A stretch of DNA of 57,418 nucleotides, from contig CASFKR010000006.1 of NCBI GenBank assembly GCA_949295265.1, forward strand, positions 1-57,418, given 5' to 3'. The notes beneath the pieces are model-generated. The model ran no database searches, was not told where the DNA came from, and was given only the letters and a program-made list of their open reading frames with translations. A program made the translations under genes and the position numbers. Position 1 is the stretch's first letter, and the number at the start of each line of letters is the position of its first letter. Positions 16,732-30,541 of the stretch are shown here, in pieces. This DNA is from an uncultured Verrucomicrobiota bacterium. Lineage in GTDB: Bacteria; Verrucomicrobiota; Kiritimatiellia; RFP12; UBA3636.

Positions 16732-19404
16732 TTATTTGCCGTAGTAGCACTTGAGCAGGATGTCCTTGATTTCCGAGATCAGCGGGTAGCGCGGGTTGGC
16801 ACCCGTGCACTGGTCGTCGAACGCCTTGGTGGCAAGCTCGTCGAGCTGATCGAGGAAGACCTTCTCCGTGACGCCCTTGGCATCGAGCCATTCCTTGAGG
16901 GTCTTGGGGATGTTGCAGAGCGTCTTGAGCTCCTCGATCTTGCCGATGAGGGCTTCCACGAGCTCGTCGTCATTCTTGCCGGTCAGGCCGACATAGCGGG
17001 CGACGTTGGCGTAGTCGGCCTTCGCATTCGGGAAGTGGTACTGCGGGAAGGTGCCCTGCTTCGTGGGCTTGTCCGTCGCGTTGAAGCGGATGACTTCGCA
17101 GATGAGCAGCGCGTTGGCCAGGCCGTGCGGCACGTGGTACATGCCGCCGAGCTTGTGGGCGATCGAGTGGCAGAGACCGAGGAACGCATTGGCGAAGGCC
17201 ATGCCGGCCATGGCGGCGGCGTTGAACATGTGCTCGCGGGCCTCTTCGTCCATCGGACCATTCGTGTAGCAGCGCGGCAGGTACTCAAAGATGAGGCGGG
17301 TGGCCTCATTGGCGAGCGCGTTGTTGTAGTCCGACGCCATGACGGAGACGCGGGATTCGAGCGCGTGGGTGAGCGCGTCGATACCGGAGATGGCGGTGAG
17401 GCCCTTGGGCAGCTTCATGACCATTTCGGTGTCGATGATGGCCATGTTCGGCGTCAGCGCATAGTCCGTGACCGGGTACTTGGCCTGCGTATCGGCGTCC
17501 GTGATGACCGCGAACGGCGTGACTTCCGAGCCGGTACCGGAGGTGGTGGGCACGCAGACGAGCATCGCCTTCTTGCCGAGGTCGGGCACCTTGACGATAC
17601 GCTTGCGGATGTCGAGGAAGCGGCCGGCGATGTCCTCGAACTTGATCTGCGGCTGCTCGTACATGAGCCACATGATCTTGGCGCAGTCCATCGGGGAGCC
17701 GCCGCCGACGGCGATGATGACATCGGCGTCGAACGACTTGAGCTGGGAGAGACCCACCCGGGCCGTCTGGATGGTCGGGTCCGGCAGCACGTCTGCGAAC
17801 ACGTGGCAGACGATGCCCATGCTCTCGAGTTTGCGGATCATCGGCGCCATGATGCCGGAATTGTAGAGGAAGTGGTCCGTGACGATGAAGGCGCGCTTCT
17901 TGCCCTCGAGGTCACCCAGCGCGGTGCACAGGCAGCCGTATTTGAAGTAAATCTTTTGGGGGACACGGAACCAGAGCATGTTCTCTCTCCGTTTGGCGAT
18001 ATTCTTGATGTTGACCAGGTTTTTGGGGCCGACGTTCTCACTGACGTAGTTTCCGCCCCAGCTGCCGCAACCGAGCGTCAGCGAAGGAGGCAGGGCGAAG
18101 TTGTAGAGATCGCCGATGCCGCCCTGGGAAGCGGGGGTGTTGATGAGCACGCGCGAGGCGAGCACATCGTGCCCGAACTTGCGGATCCGCTCTTCGTTCT
18201 GCGTGTTCGTGTAGAGAACCGCCGTGTGGCCGAGGCCGCCGTAGGCCAGCAACGCCTTCGCATTCTCGACCGCCTGTTCGTAGGTGTCGACCTTGTACAT
18301 CGCCAGCGTGGGCGAAAGTTTTTCGCGGGAGAACGGGACCTCCGGACCGATGCCGGAAACCTCGCCGATGAGCACCTTCGTACCCTCCGGCACCTTGATG
18401 CCCGCCATTTCCGCAATCGTCATCGCCGTCTGGCCCACGATGGCCGGATTGATGCCGCCGTTCGGAAGCTGGATGAGGTCGCCGACCTTCTTGAGCTCCG
18501 TCTTGTTCAGCACATAGCCGCCGCGGTAGACGAATTCGTCACGGACCTGGTCGTAGATGTTCGCGAGCACCGTCACGCTCTGCTCCGAAGCGCAAATCAT
18601 GCCGTTGTCGAAGGTCTTCGACATCAGGATGGAGGAAACCGCCATCTTGATGTCCGCCGTATCATCGATGATGACCGGGTCGTTGCCGGGTCCGACGCCG
18701 ACGGCGGGGTTGCCGGAGGAGTAGGCCGCCTTGACCATGCCGGGGCCGCCGGTCGCCAGAATCAGCGCCGTATCCTGGTGCTTCATCAAGTACGCGGAAA
18801 GTTCAATCGACGGATGCTCGATCCAAGCGATGATATCCTCGGGAGCGCCCGCCTTGACCGCTGCATCGAGGCAGATCTTGGCCGCGGCGATGGTGCACTT
18901 GGCGGCGCGGGGGTGCGGCGAGAAGATAATCGCATTGCGCGTCTTGAGCGCGATGAGCGACTTGAAAATCGCCGTCGAGGTCGGGTTCGTCGTCGGAACA
19001 ATGCCGGCGAGAATGCCGCGGGGTTCGGCGACCTTGATCAGGCCGAACGCCTCGTCCTCTTCGATGATGCCGCACGTTTTGTCGTGCAGGTACTTGTTGC
19101 AGATATATTCCGAGGCAAAGTGGTTTTTGATGACTTTGTCCTCGACGACGCCCATGCCCGTTTCCTCAACGGCCATTTGCGCCAGCGGGATGCGCTGCTC
19201 GGCGGCAGCGAGTGCGGCCGCCTGGAAAATGCGGTCCACCTGCTCCTGCGTGTAGTTGGCAAACTTCTGCTGCGCGGCCTTGACGCGCTTGATGAGAGCC
19301 TCCAGTTCAGCTTGATCGCGGGCGGCTTTCTCCGCCTTCTCCTTCGCGATGCACTCAGCCTCCTCGGGGGTCAATTCGGGCTTTTTCTCTGTTTTGGTGG
19401 CCAT
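16732..19404 (-). CDS. adhE: Bifunctional acetaldehyde-CoA / alcohol dehydrogenase
   Basis: 890-aa ORF. The N-terminal half is aldehyde-dehydrogenase-like and the C-terminal half is an iron-type ADH ([10 protein letters not shown], HxxxH context [16 protein letters not shown]). Confidence 0.95.
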   Translation of the reverse strand: MATKTEKKPELTPEEAECIAKEKAEKAARDQAELEALIKRVKAAQQKFANYTQEQVDRIFQAAALAAAEQRIPLAQMAVEETGMGVVEDKVIKNHFASEYICNKYLHDKTCGIIEEDEAFGLIKVAEPRGILAGIVPTTNPTSTAIFKSLIALKTRNAIIFSPHPRAAKCTIAAAKICLDAAVKAGAPEDIIAWIEHPSIELSAYLMKHQDTALILATGGPGMVKAAYSSGNPAVGVGPGNDPVIIDDTADIKMAVSSILMSKTFDNGMICASEQSVTVLANIYDQVRDEFVYRGGYVLNKTELKKVGDLIQLPNGGINPAIVGQTAMTIAEMAGIKVPEGTKVLIGEVSGIGPEVPFSREKLSPTLAMYKVDTYEQAVENAKALLAYGGLGHTAVLYTNTQNEERIRKFGHDVLASRVLINTPASQGGIGDLYNFALPPSLTLGCGSWGGNYVSENVGPKNLVNIKNIAKRRENMLWFRVPQKIYFKYGCLCTALGDLEGKKRAFIVTDHFLYNSGIMAPMIRKLESMGIVCHVFADVLPDPTIQTARVGLSQLKSFDADVIIAVGGGSPMDCAKIMWLMYEQPQIKFEDIAGRFLDIRKRIVKVPDLGKKAMLVCVPTTSGTGSEVTPFAVITDADTQAKYPVTDYALTPNMAIIDTEMVMKLPKGLTAISGIDALTHALESRVSVMASDYNNALANEATRLIFEYLPRCYTNGPMDEEAREHMFNAAAMAGMAFANAFLGLCHSIAHKLGGMYHVPHGLANALLICEVIRFNATDKPTKQGTFPQYHFPNAKADYANVARYVGLTGKNDDELVEALIGKIEELKTLCNIPKTLKEWLDAKGVTEKVFLDQLDELATKAFDDQCTGANPRYPLISEIKDILLKCYYGK

Positions 19405-19475
19405 GTTCGGTCTCCTGAACGCTGATTTCTCTTTGATATTGATACAAAAAGGTTAAATCCGTTTGATGGCTCGCA

Positions 19476-19504
19476 AGGATAGTAAAACCCTTCTGCGAAG
19501 TCAA
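19476..19504 (-). promoter_or_regulatory. Candidate sigma-70-type promoter for adhE
   Basis: The minus strand reads TTGACT, a 17-nt spacer, then TATCCT, inside an AT-rich leader about 75 nt upstream of the adhE ATG. Pattern match only. Confidence 0.3.
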
Positions 19505-19719
19505 TTGGGAAATTGAGATTTTTTTAGTAATTTAACCGGAGACGCTCAAATCGGGCGTTTCCGTCTGTTGCGGGCGGGTTAGCGAACGGTTTGCGGGGTG
19601 GCGTCGCCTGCGCGAAACCGCGCGAAAACACGGCTTTACGCGCGGGCGTGCCATTGTCAGTCCTTTGTATCATACTTTACCTTCCGGCACAACCGCGCCC
19701 GCCCGCGCGTGCGAACCGT

Positions 19720-19830
19720 AAACAGGACGGCTCGCTACGGCACACAGCTCGCCATCGCACGCAACGGAGCCAGCGTAGCTCCCCCAGTAGCCCCAGTTGC
19801 CCCAGCACTCCCAGTAGCCTCAGTGGCCCA
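19720..19830. repeat. Mosaic intergenic repeat region R6
   Basis: AAACAGGACGGCTCGCT (flank of the GTnCGTCnT array, inverted), GGAGCCAGCG, then a 9-nt periodic CCCAGTAGC-type array at 19778-19830 ending in CCCAGATAGCG. Confidence 0.8.
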
Positions 19831-19911
19831 GATAGCGGGCGCGGCGGGGAATCTCCGCCCTGCCGAATTTCCGTGCGGAAAGGTCCGGCGATTTCTGATA
19901 CACTTCGCTCC

Positions 19912-21144
19912 ATGCTTCCCTTTCCCCTCTTTGTCGCCTCTACGTATCTGCGCCCGAAACGCGGGTTTGCGTCCGTCATCCCGGTCATCACCGTCTGCGG
20001 GGTGATGCTCGGCGTCGCTATCCTGATGATTGTGCTCGCCGTTATGACGGGCTTCGGCGATGTGTGGCGCGAAAAGATTCTCTCCTTCAAGCCCCATCTC
20101 ACGGTAACGGAACACCGGGGAATCGTTACGGAACCGGACTGGGTCTGCGAACAGGCGCTCGAAGTGCCGGGCGTCACGGAAGCCGCACCGGCCATCATCC
20201 TGCAGGCAATGGTCCGGCCCGATACGCCCTCGGCGGAAACCATTCCCGTCACCGTTATCGGCATCGATGCCGAACGCCCCTCCATTCTTTCGCATGTTTC
20301 CGAAGCGCTCATCGACGGCACCTTTGCGCCCGTTGAAGACGGCATCGTCCTCGGCGCCGATCTGGCCATCCGCCTCGGGGAACGCCCCGGCGGCAGCCTG
20401 CTCTGCTACTCGCCGCTCAACCTCAATGCGCAGAGACAGCTCTTCCTGCCGGAGGAAATGCTGGTGCGCGGCGTGTACAACATGGGCATGCGCGACTTCG
20501 ATGACGGCGTCATCATCTGCTCCCTCGGCATGGCGCGCGAACTGCTCGGCATGGATGACGGCGCACGCCTCGTGCAAATCCAGACGGAAGACCCCGAGCG
20601 CGTTCACGAAGCGCAGCTCGCCCTGCAGGAAAAACTGGGACCCGCCTACTACGTCTCGACCTGGCTCGAGCAGGACCGCGTCCTGTTCGATGCCCTGCGC
20701 ACGGAAAAAGCGATGATGTTTGTGCTGCTCGCGTTCATCGCGATTGTCGCGGCTTTCTGCGTCACGAACACGCTCATCGTCATTACGATTCAGAAAACGC
20801 GCGAGATCGGTCTCATGAAAGCGCTGGGCTTTTCCGGGCGGCAAATCCGCTCCGCCTTCGTGCTCAGCGGGCTGATTCAGTGCGTCCTCGGCGAAGTCCT
20901 CGGGGCCGGGCTCGGCGTGCTGGTGCTGCACAATCTGCAACGCATTGTGGCGGGGCTCGCCAATATCGGCATCGAAGTCTTTCCCAAATCGGTTTACGGG
21001 CTGGCGGAGATTCCGTGGCGCATCGTCCCCTTCGATGTGCTGTCCGTACTGGGCACCGTCTTTTTCTTCTGCCTGATTGCCAGTCTGCTCCCGGCGTGGC
21101 TGGCTTCGCGCCTTGATCCGGTCCGGGCTATTTCTCAGGAGTGA
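19912..21144 (+). CDS. lolE: LolC/LolE-family lipoprotein-releasing ABC transporter permease (FtsX/MacB type)
   Basis: Start placed at MLPFPLFVASTYLRPKRGFASVIPVITVCGVMLGVAILMIVLAV. Periplasmic domain followed by three C-terminal TM helices. The track ORF (from 19591) reads through repeat sequence. Confidence 0.85.
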   Translation: MLPFPLFVASTYLRPKRGFASVIPVITVCGVMLGVAILMIVLAVMTGFGDVWREKILSFKPHLTVTEHRGIVTEPDWVCEQALEVPGVTEAAPAIILQAMVRPDTPSAETIPVTVIGIDAERPSILSHVSEALIDGTFAPVEDGIVLGADLAIRLGERPGGSLLCYSPLNLNAQRQLFLPEEMLVRGVYNMGMRDFDDGVIICSLGMARELLGMDDGARLVQIQTEDPERVHEAQLALQEKLGPAYYVSTWLEQDRVLFDALRTEKAMMFVLLAFIAIVAAFCVTNTLIVITIQKTREIGLMKALGFSGRQIRSAFVLSGLIQCVLGEVLGAGLGVLVLHNLQRIVAGLANIGIEVFPKSVYGLAEIPWRIVPFDVLSVLGTVFFFCLIASLLPAWLASRLDPVRAISQE

Positions 21145-21149
21145 TTCGC

Positions 21150-21902
<753 letters not shown>

Positions 21903-22015
21903 CCGGGTCCCCTGTTCGTTCAGACAGCGGAATTCCCCGGCTGTCCCGGATTCTTGAAACGCACGGACGAGAAGGTGAGGAAAGCCGGAGGAAGCGAAGA
22001 AAAGCCGCACGAGGG

Positions 22016-22358
22016 TTTTGTTTCCCGCAGAGACACAGAGGCAAAGAGTTACTTTGAAAAGTTACACACAGAGGCAAAGCCGCGAGAGGGATTAGAAAAT
22101 TTAGCCACACGGAGGGGCGAAGCCCCCTTCTGGAGCCTCCACTTCGTTCCGACCAAGGTATCAAATAAGGACATTTCTCGGCGGCAAGCCGCCTGATACT
22201 AAGCCGTGCAATCGAGCCGAAAACAGGACGAACACGACGCACAGGACGAACACGACAGACAGGACGGCTCGCTTTTGCGCACAAGGAGACCAGCGAAGCA
22301 TTCCCAGGAGCCTCAGTAGCCTCCCCCAGCGACTCCAGATAGGAGCGAAGCCAGCGCA
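22016..22358. repeat. Mosaic intergenic repeat region R7
   Basis: TTTTGTTTCCCGCAGAGACACAGAGG; inverted hairpin module at 22101-22196; inverted GTnCGTCnT array with GCGCAAAAGCGAGCC flank at 22220-22282; CCCAGnAGC-type array at 22301-22343; GCCAGCGCA at 22350-22358. Confidence 0.85.
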
Positions 22359-22665
22359 ACGAGGCCGCGCTCATGGGGAGGGCGCTCGCGCCCGGAAAGA
22401 TAGGTAAGGACACCGCCACTATGACCCGAAGGGATTGAAAGATGCAATCTCAGGCGGCACCGGCAATCTGCCGGCTGAAAAACCGCCCTCGGGATACCGG
22501 GGGGCAAAATACCGCGCCCTGCAGAGCGGCAGGCGGAAACAGGGTCGTAATTGAGACAGAACATCTCAAATATATGAGACATTTTGTCCCAGACAAGGCT
22601 CTATGGAGGCTTTTGGAGGGCTGGCATGGCATTTGCTCTTTTTCCAGCCAAAAGGAGACTTACCC

Positions 22666-25290
<2,625 letters not shown>

Positions 25291-25326
25291 GTTCCGGAGG
25301 GCTTCCCCGCCCGCCGGAAAAGCTCG

Positions 25327-25367
25327 CCCCGCCGCTTCCCGACCGGAATCGGCGGGGTCTTTCTTTT
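25327..25367 (+). terminator. Intrinsic terminator after clpB, between convergent genes
   Basis: CCCCGCCG ... CGGCGGGG stem followed by TCTTTCTTTTCC. Confidence 0.6.
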
Positions 25368-25385
25368 CCAGACGTCCGCTGCCGC

Positions 25386-28124
25386 TCAGCGCAGGAGGAG
25401 CATCGTCTCTTCCGGGACGGCAACGGCCGTCACCGTCCAGCCCGTTTCGGCATCCCCTTCCGTTTCGAAGCGGACCGGAAGCGACTCCGCGGAGCGCTTG
25501 AGGTTCGCCTGGAAGCCCGTGAGGTTCTTTGCCGCCGGAATAGTGAAGAGCGTCCAGGCTGTGCCGACGGGTACGCGATGCGTGTCGGGGGTGACCGTCA
25601 CTTCGCCCTGCAGGAGACACTCGCCGGTGCTGATCCGAAGGGAGACGGTGTCGCCCTCCGTGCCGTCGGCGGCGACATCGAACCGCCACTGCACGCCGGG
25701 CTCCGTCTGCAGTGCTCCCGTGTAAAGCGTCAGCGTTCCGTACCCGGTTCCATCCACGCCGGCCGGGGAGAAGCGGGCGCCCTCCGCAAAGGTAACACCG
25801 CGGTAGCCCCGGACGCTGTTCCATTCATCGCGCCATTCCGTCGAGAGACGTCCATTGCCATGAAGCGCGCGTTTGAAGACGTTCTGGCTGTGGGTGGAGG
25901 AGAGGTAGAGACGGCTGTTGTTGTGCAGGAAGATTTCGTTGGCCGGGTGTCCGAGCATTTCGTCCGTGAAATTCGTCGTGGAATGCCCCACATACAGCTC
26001 GGAGTAGGTTTCGCGCACATACTCTTCGCCGATGTGGATATCCGCCCGGAAATCATTGGCGGGATTGATCAGGTAAACCCGCACGTACGTCCATTGGTCA
26101 AACTGCGAATGCACATCGAAACGGAGCGGATGCTCTTCCGTGCCGCCCGTGAGCGGTGCCCAGAAGAAGTATGAATGCTTGTACGCGGAGGTGGCGAAAC
26201 ACTCGAGCGTCTCCGTCATTTCCACGGTGAGGCGCGTCGTGAGGTTGCTCCCGAATTGCACCGCCGATGCCTTTCCGGTGAAGCCGATGCGGCTCGTGCC
26301 GTCCGTAGCGCCCGCAAAGCGAAGCGTGACGGGGTCTTCCGCCGCTTCAAGCGTCAGGCGGTAGCTGCCGTTGTTTTCGCCGCCGGTGATCCGCAGCGTA
26401 GCAAGCGACACGTCGTTGGTCAGCAGGAACGTGCGCGCCCACTTGCCCATCTGGAAATCCGCCTGGTCGCCCGGATAGCCGGGCACCATGCGCGAGAGCG
26501 TGGAATCGTGCGTCCAGATGGAGGCGTCGTGGAAGAAGGCATTCGTCACGGCAACTGACTGCTTGAAGACGTCGGGCGTCGTCAGTTCCTGCGTGGTGAG
26601 CGTCTGGGCAATGGGGGAGAAATACTCCCCGGCGTCCGTGGCAATGGCGTGGCGCAGGTAGTAGGTGCGGTTGACCTCGAGCCCCTCCACGGCAAACTCC
26701 ATTTCGCCGGTGGTGGAGACGGGGGCGGCGATTTCCCGGACGATGGCCCAGCCCTCGGGGGTCGGTCCCGGATCGGAATCCGGGTTGAGATAGATGCGAA
26801 CGGTGGCCTCCGCGGCGGTGCCCAACGTCTGGATTTTCGCCGGAACAATGGCGGTGGTTGCGGCGACATCGTGCGGCGTCAGGGTCGTAATCCCCGGGAG
26901 CTCCGCGGACGCGTTCCGGATGGCGAAAACCTCCCATCCATCCGCCGCCGAACCGGTCCAGCTCACCGAATAGCCTGGCGTCACCGCGGCGGGATTCAGC
27001 GTCAATGCACCGCAGGATTTCGAAACTTCCGCAATTTTCCAAACGGTTCCGACGGGTGCCGCGTCTCCGCCGGAAAACGCAAATTGTCCGCACAGGTTGA
27101 GCGCAGCCGTGGACCCGAGAACCAGCGAGTCGCACGAGCCATCGGGCAAAACATCCAGCGAAAAGACTGCGTCCTCCGCCATCGTGAGCGGATAGCCGTT
27201 AATGCGGATCAGGCCGCACTCGCTGCCCGTATTCGGGTTCGAAGGCCGCACATCCATACCGCTTCCCAAATAGAGCGGTTCTTCCAGCGACAGATTCGTC
27301 CATTCCGGGTTCACCGAAGAGCCAACGATGCGGCCCGTACCTTCCACGACGCGCCGCAACCCTTCCGGATCGCCCGTGTGAACGCGCAGATACGTCTCGT
27401 TTCCATACAAGACGACCTTGTTGTCCGGATGCCCGAGGCAGGAATTCCAGCCGATGGCATTGCGATAGCCGACGTCCACCCGGAACCGGTTGTCGCCTCC
27501 GGGTGTGCCCAGATGCAAATCGCCGCGAAAATCATTGTCCGGATGCAGGAGCGTAAGCCGCGCCTGAAACCACTCGTTAAACCCGTCGCGGCGGAAGCGG
27601 ATATCCGATGGATTGTCCGCCGTACCGCCAGTCAGTTTTCCCCGGGCATAGACAATCAGCGAGCCTTCTACGATGGGGTGGATCAGCAGGGGCGATGCGA
27701 GGGAAACTTCGAGGTTTTCATCGTAATCGAGTCCCTCCGTAATCGAGCCGAGAGCCAGCGAAAGGGTCTGATGCATCGTACCCCCTGCGATGCGGTTGGT
27801 CAGCGTTGCATCCCCGCCTTTGTCGAAAATAAGCCGGGCGCCAGGCGCACCGGCGGTGAGCGAGGTCCACGAGGCGCGCAAGTCAACGAGCGAGGAAATC
27901 GTCTTTTCGCCTGTGAAGGAAAGATTCACCGTGTCGGTGGCGCTCAAACTGACGATATCCCCCGGGACGCCAGGCGCGGTGCGGGCGGGGTCTGAGCTGA
28001 CCCAGGCCCCGGCGGCATCCCAGTCCGAAGACCCCTCCACCCAGGAAAATGTTGCGGGCGTTTGTGCCCAGGCGCACAGGGCCATAAGCCCCCACAAACA
28101 GAACGGAAAAGCAGATTTTGGCAT
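25386..28124 (-). CDS. Large secreted / surface protein with a two-fold internal duplication (beta-strand-repeat type)
   Basis: Signal peptide MPKSAFPFCLWGLMALCAWAQ. The two halves share landmarks: LTGGTADNPSDIRF / LTGGTEEHPLRF, HPDNDFRGDLHLG / NPANDFRADIHIG, LGHPDNKVVLYGN / LGHPANEIFLHNN. Confidence 0.8.
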   Translation of the reverse strand: MPKSAFPFCLWGLMALCAWAQTPATFSWVEGSSDWDAAGAWVSSDPARTAPGVPGDIVSLSATDTVNLSFTGEKTISSLVDLRASWTSLTAGAPGARLIFDKGGDATLTNRIAGGTMHQTLSLALGSITEGLDYDENLEVSLASPLLIHPIVEGSLIVYARGKLTGGTADNPSDIRFRRDGFNEWFQARLTLLHPDNDFRGDLHLGTPGGDNRFRVDVGYRNAIGWNSCLGHPDNKVVLYGNETYLRVHTGDPEGLRRVVEGTGRIVGSSVNPEWTNLSLEEPLYLGSGMDVRPSNPNTGSECGLIRINGYPLTMAEDAVFSLDVLPDGSCDSLVLGSTAALNLCGQFAFSGGDAAPVGTVWKIAEVSKSCGALTLNPAAVTPGYSVSWTGSAADGWEVFAIRNASAELPGITTLTPHDVAATTAIVPAKIQTLGTAAEATVRIYLNPDSDPGPTPEGWAIVREIAAPVSTTGEMEFAVEGLEVNRTYYLRHAIATDAGEYFSPIAQTLTTQELTTPDVFKQSVAVTNAFFHDASIWTHDSTLSRMVPGYPGDQADFQMGKWARTFLLTNDVSLATLRITGGENNGSYRLTLEAAEDPVTLRFAGATDGTSRIGFTGKASAVQFGSNLTTRLTVEMTETLECFATSAYKHSYFFWAPLTGGTEEHPLRFDVHSQFDQWTYVRVYLINPANDFRADIHIGEEYVRETYSELYVGHSTTNFTDEMLGHPANEIFLHNNSRLYLSSTHSQNVFKRALHGNGRLSTEWRDEWNSVRGYRGVTFAEGARFSPAGVDGTGYGTLTLYTGALQTEPGVQWRFDVAADGTEGDTVSLRISTGECLLQGEVTVTPDTHRVPVGTAWTLFTIPAAKNLTGFQANLKRSAESLPVRFETEGDAETGWTVTAVAVPEETMLLLR

Positions 28125-28374
28125 GTCGGGAATCCTCGTCAGAGTATGACCCTATCGTAGCACGGGCGGCTATTCTGTTGCCACTCTTTCCGTCTCTGTA
28201 AGAAGATGATTCTTTCAGCGGCGGAGGCGAAGCCGACGATTACAACATGCATGCGTATTGCGCGGATGCCGGGGCCTCCCATTTCCCATGGGCCCCATTT
28301 CTCAGGCACCGGCATCTCGCGAGGGGTGCGGCGCGAACGAGCGGGGGCGCGGCACGCTGAACCGCAGTGGGCAC

Positions 28375-28404
28375 AAAAAAAAGACCGCGCCAAGGGGCGC
28401 GGCC
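28375..28404 (-). terminator. Intrinsic terminator after rplO
   Basis: The minus strand reads GGCCGCGCC-CCTT-GGCGCGGTC followed by a T8 run. Confidence 0.8.
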
Positions 28405-28437
28405 TTTGCAGAGACGGGGTGATTCCGTCGGAGACAA

Positions 28438-28893
28438 TCAGACGAGTTCGACGGAACCGCCGGCAGCCTCGATGATGGACTTGGCCTTCTCGGAGACGGC
28501 GTTGGCCTTGACCTGGAGGTTCTTGCTGGTCAGCTCGCCCTTGGCGAGGACCTTGAAACCGCCATTGGCAAAAGCCTTGACGAGACCGAGCGAGAGAAGC
28601 GCTGCGGCGTCGACCGTCGTGCCATCCTTGAACGCATTGAGCGCGGAGAGGTTGACGGGCGTGTAGGCGACGCGGGCGGGGTTCTTGAAGCCGCGCTTGG
28701 GCAGACGGCGGATGAGAACCATCTGGCCGCCTTCGAAGCCGATCTTCCGCTTGTGACCCTTGCGGGCCATCTGACCCTTGGTACCCTTGCCGGAAGTGCC
28801 ACCCTTGCCGGAGGCATCGCCGCGGCCGAGGCGCTTGGCGCTCTTGTGGGAGCCGGGCGTGGAATACAGATTGGAGAGATCCATGTTCAGCAC
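28438..28893 (-). CDS. rplO: 50S ribosomal protein L15
   Basis: MDLSNLYSTPGSHKSAKRLGRG..GKGGTSGKGTKGQ. Position after rpsE. Confidence 0.93.
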   Translation of the reverse strand: MLNMDLSNLYSTPGSHKSAKRLGRGDASGKGGTSGKGTKGQMARKGHKRKIGFEGGQMVLIRRLPKRGFKNPARVAYTPVNLSALNAFKDGTTVDAAALLSLGLVKAFANGGFKVLAKGELTSKNLQVKANAVSEKAKSIIEAAGGSVELV

Positions 28894-28896
28894 TCC

Positions 28897-29529
28897 TTAT
28901 TCAGCAGCCGCGGGAGCGGCGGGTTCCTCGGAAACAGGGGCGGCGGGAGCCTCCGCGGGCGCGGTGACTTCGACGACCTCAGGCGCAGGGGCCGCTTCCT
29001 CGACGACGGGCACGGCATCCGCGGCGGGTTCCGCCAGCGGAGCACCGAAGCGGTCGGTGTGGATAGCCTCGGCAGTGCGGAGCTGCGAGAGCGCGTCAAA
29101 CGTGGCCTTGACCACATTGAGGCGGTTCTTGGAGCCCTGCGACTTGCCGATGACGTTGTGGACGCCGGCCATTTCGAGCACGGGGCGCATGCCGCCGCCG
29201 GCAATCACGCCGGTACCATCGGAGGCGGGCATCAGCAGGACGCGACCGCCGTCGCACTGACCCTGGACGGGATGCGGAATGGTCGAGCCCTTCATGACGA
29301 TGCGCACGAGCGAGCGGCGGGCGGCCTCACCACCCTTGCGGATGGCTTCGGCGACCTCGTTGGCCTTGCCATAGCCCAGACCGACGCGGCCCTTGCGGTC
29401 ACCGACGACGATCACGGCGGAGAAAGACATGCGGCGACCGCCCTTGGTGGTCTTGCAGCAGCGGTTCACGAAGACGACGTCTTCTTCGAACTCCGAATCC
29501 TGCCCTTTCTTGAAATCATCGCGGGCCAT
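28897..29529 (-). CDS. rpsE: 30S ribosomal protein S5, with an Ala/Pro/Glu-rich C-terminal tail
   Basis: VNRCCKTTKGGRRMSFSAVIVVGDRKGRVGLGYGKANEV. Tail ..PAADAVPVVEEAAPAPEVVEVTAPAEAPAAPVSEEPAAPAAAE. Confidence 0.94.
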   Translation of the reverse strand: MARDDFKKGQDSEFEEDVVFVNRCCKTTKGGRRMSFSAVIVVGDRKGRVGLGYGKANEVAEAIRKGGEAARRSLVRIVMKGSTIPHPVQGQCDGGRVLLMPASDGTGVIAGGGMRPVLEMAGVHNVIGKSQGSKNRLNVVKATFDALSQLRTAEAIHTDRFGAPLAEPAADAVPVVEEAAPAPEVVEVTAPAEAPAAPVSEEPAAPAAAE

Positions 29530-29963
29530 TATTTAGCCTCCTTGGTTTTCTTGTCCGCCTTGGCGGTGGCGGGGGTGCGCTTCTTGTCGACGCCCATGGG
29601 GGTGTATTCCTCGTCATTGACCTTGAGGCCATTGGAGAGGGCCGCCTCGACGACGCAACGGACACGGCCATGGTACTGGAAGCCGCCGCGGTCGACGACG
29701 ATGAGCGAGATGCCGGCGGTCTTGGCGGCCTCGGCAGCGAGCTCACCGACCTTGGTGGCGGTCTCCTTGTTGAGCTTGGCCTTAAGCGGCAGGGAGGAGG
29801 CGGACGCCAGCGTACGGCCGGCATCGTCGTCCACAAACTGCACGTAGATGTTCGTGTTCGAGATGAAAATCGCCATGCGGGGGCGCGCAGCGGTGCCCTT
29901 CACCTTCTGGCGAAGGCGCATGTGGCGGCGCCGGCGATAGTCCTTGAGATTGTTGAGCTTCAT
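29529..29963 (-). CDS. rplR: 50S ribosomal protein L18, with a basic C-terminal extension
   Basis: RRRHMRLRQKVKGTAARPRMAIFISNTNIYVQ...VDRGGFQYHGRV. About 30 extra residues after the usual end. Confidence 0.92.
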   Translation of the reverse strand: MKLNNLKDYRRRRHMRLRQKVKGTAARPRMAIFISNTNIYVQFVDDDAGRTLASASSLPLKAKLNKETATKVGELAAEAAKTAGISLIVVDRGGFQYHGRVRCVVEAALSNGLKVNDEEYTPMGVDKKRTPATAKADKKTKEAK

Positions 29964-29989
29964 GCTGAAATACTTTCTCCCGAACGGGG

Positions 29990-30529
29990 TTAGGCGACAG
30001 TCTTGCCTTCCTTGCGGCGGATCTTCTCGCCCGTGTAGCGGATGCCCTTGCCCTTATAGGGTTCGGCCGGGTAGAAGGACCGGATATCCGCAGCCACGCG
30101 TCCGACGAGCTCCTTGGAGATGCCGGAGATATCGAGGTGGAGACCGCCGGCGCCGACCGTGCAGGTCACGCCATCGGGAATGTTGTAGAGCTTCGGGTTC
30201 GCATAGCCGATGGAGAGGGCGATCTGCTTGCCCTTGAGATCGAACTTGAAACCGACGCCCTCGATGTCGAGGTGCTTGGCATAGCCGGCGGAGACGCCGA
30301 TGACCATATTCTGGATGAGCGCGCGGGTCAGGCCGTGGAAAGCCTTGATCTGGCGCTGATCGGAAGCGCGGGTCACATGCACGAAGCCATCCTTGACTTC
30401 AACGGAGATGCCGGGCTGGAGCTTGCAGGTCAGTTCGCCGAGCTTGCCCTTGGCGGTGACAACGCCGTCCTGGACGGAGACCTGGACGCCGTCGGCAACC
30501 TTAACGGGTTCTTTACCGATACGAGACAT
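29990..30529 (-). CDS. rplF: 50S ribosomal protein L6
   Basis: MSRIGKEPVKVADGVQVSV... and operon position. Confidence 0.93.
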   Translation of the reverse strand: MSRIGKEPVKVADGVQVSVQDGVVTAKGKLGELTCKLQPGISVEVKDGFVHVTRASDQRQIKAFHGLTRALIQNMVIGVSAGYAKHLDIEGVGFKFDLKGKQIALSIGYANPKLYNIPDGVTCTVGAGGLHLDISGISKELVGRVAADIRSFYPAEPYKGKGIRYTGEKIRRKEGKTVA

Positions 30530-30541
30530 GTTTGGACTCCT

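Noticed and set aside
17035-19425. 796-aa ORF antisense to adhE. Similar cases: 37242-39584 opposite fusA, 13828-15240 opposite gltX, 19735-20940 opposite lolE, 41100-42899 opposite cca.
   Set aside because: These are GC-composition shadow ORFs lying opposite clearly identified genes.
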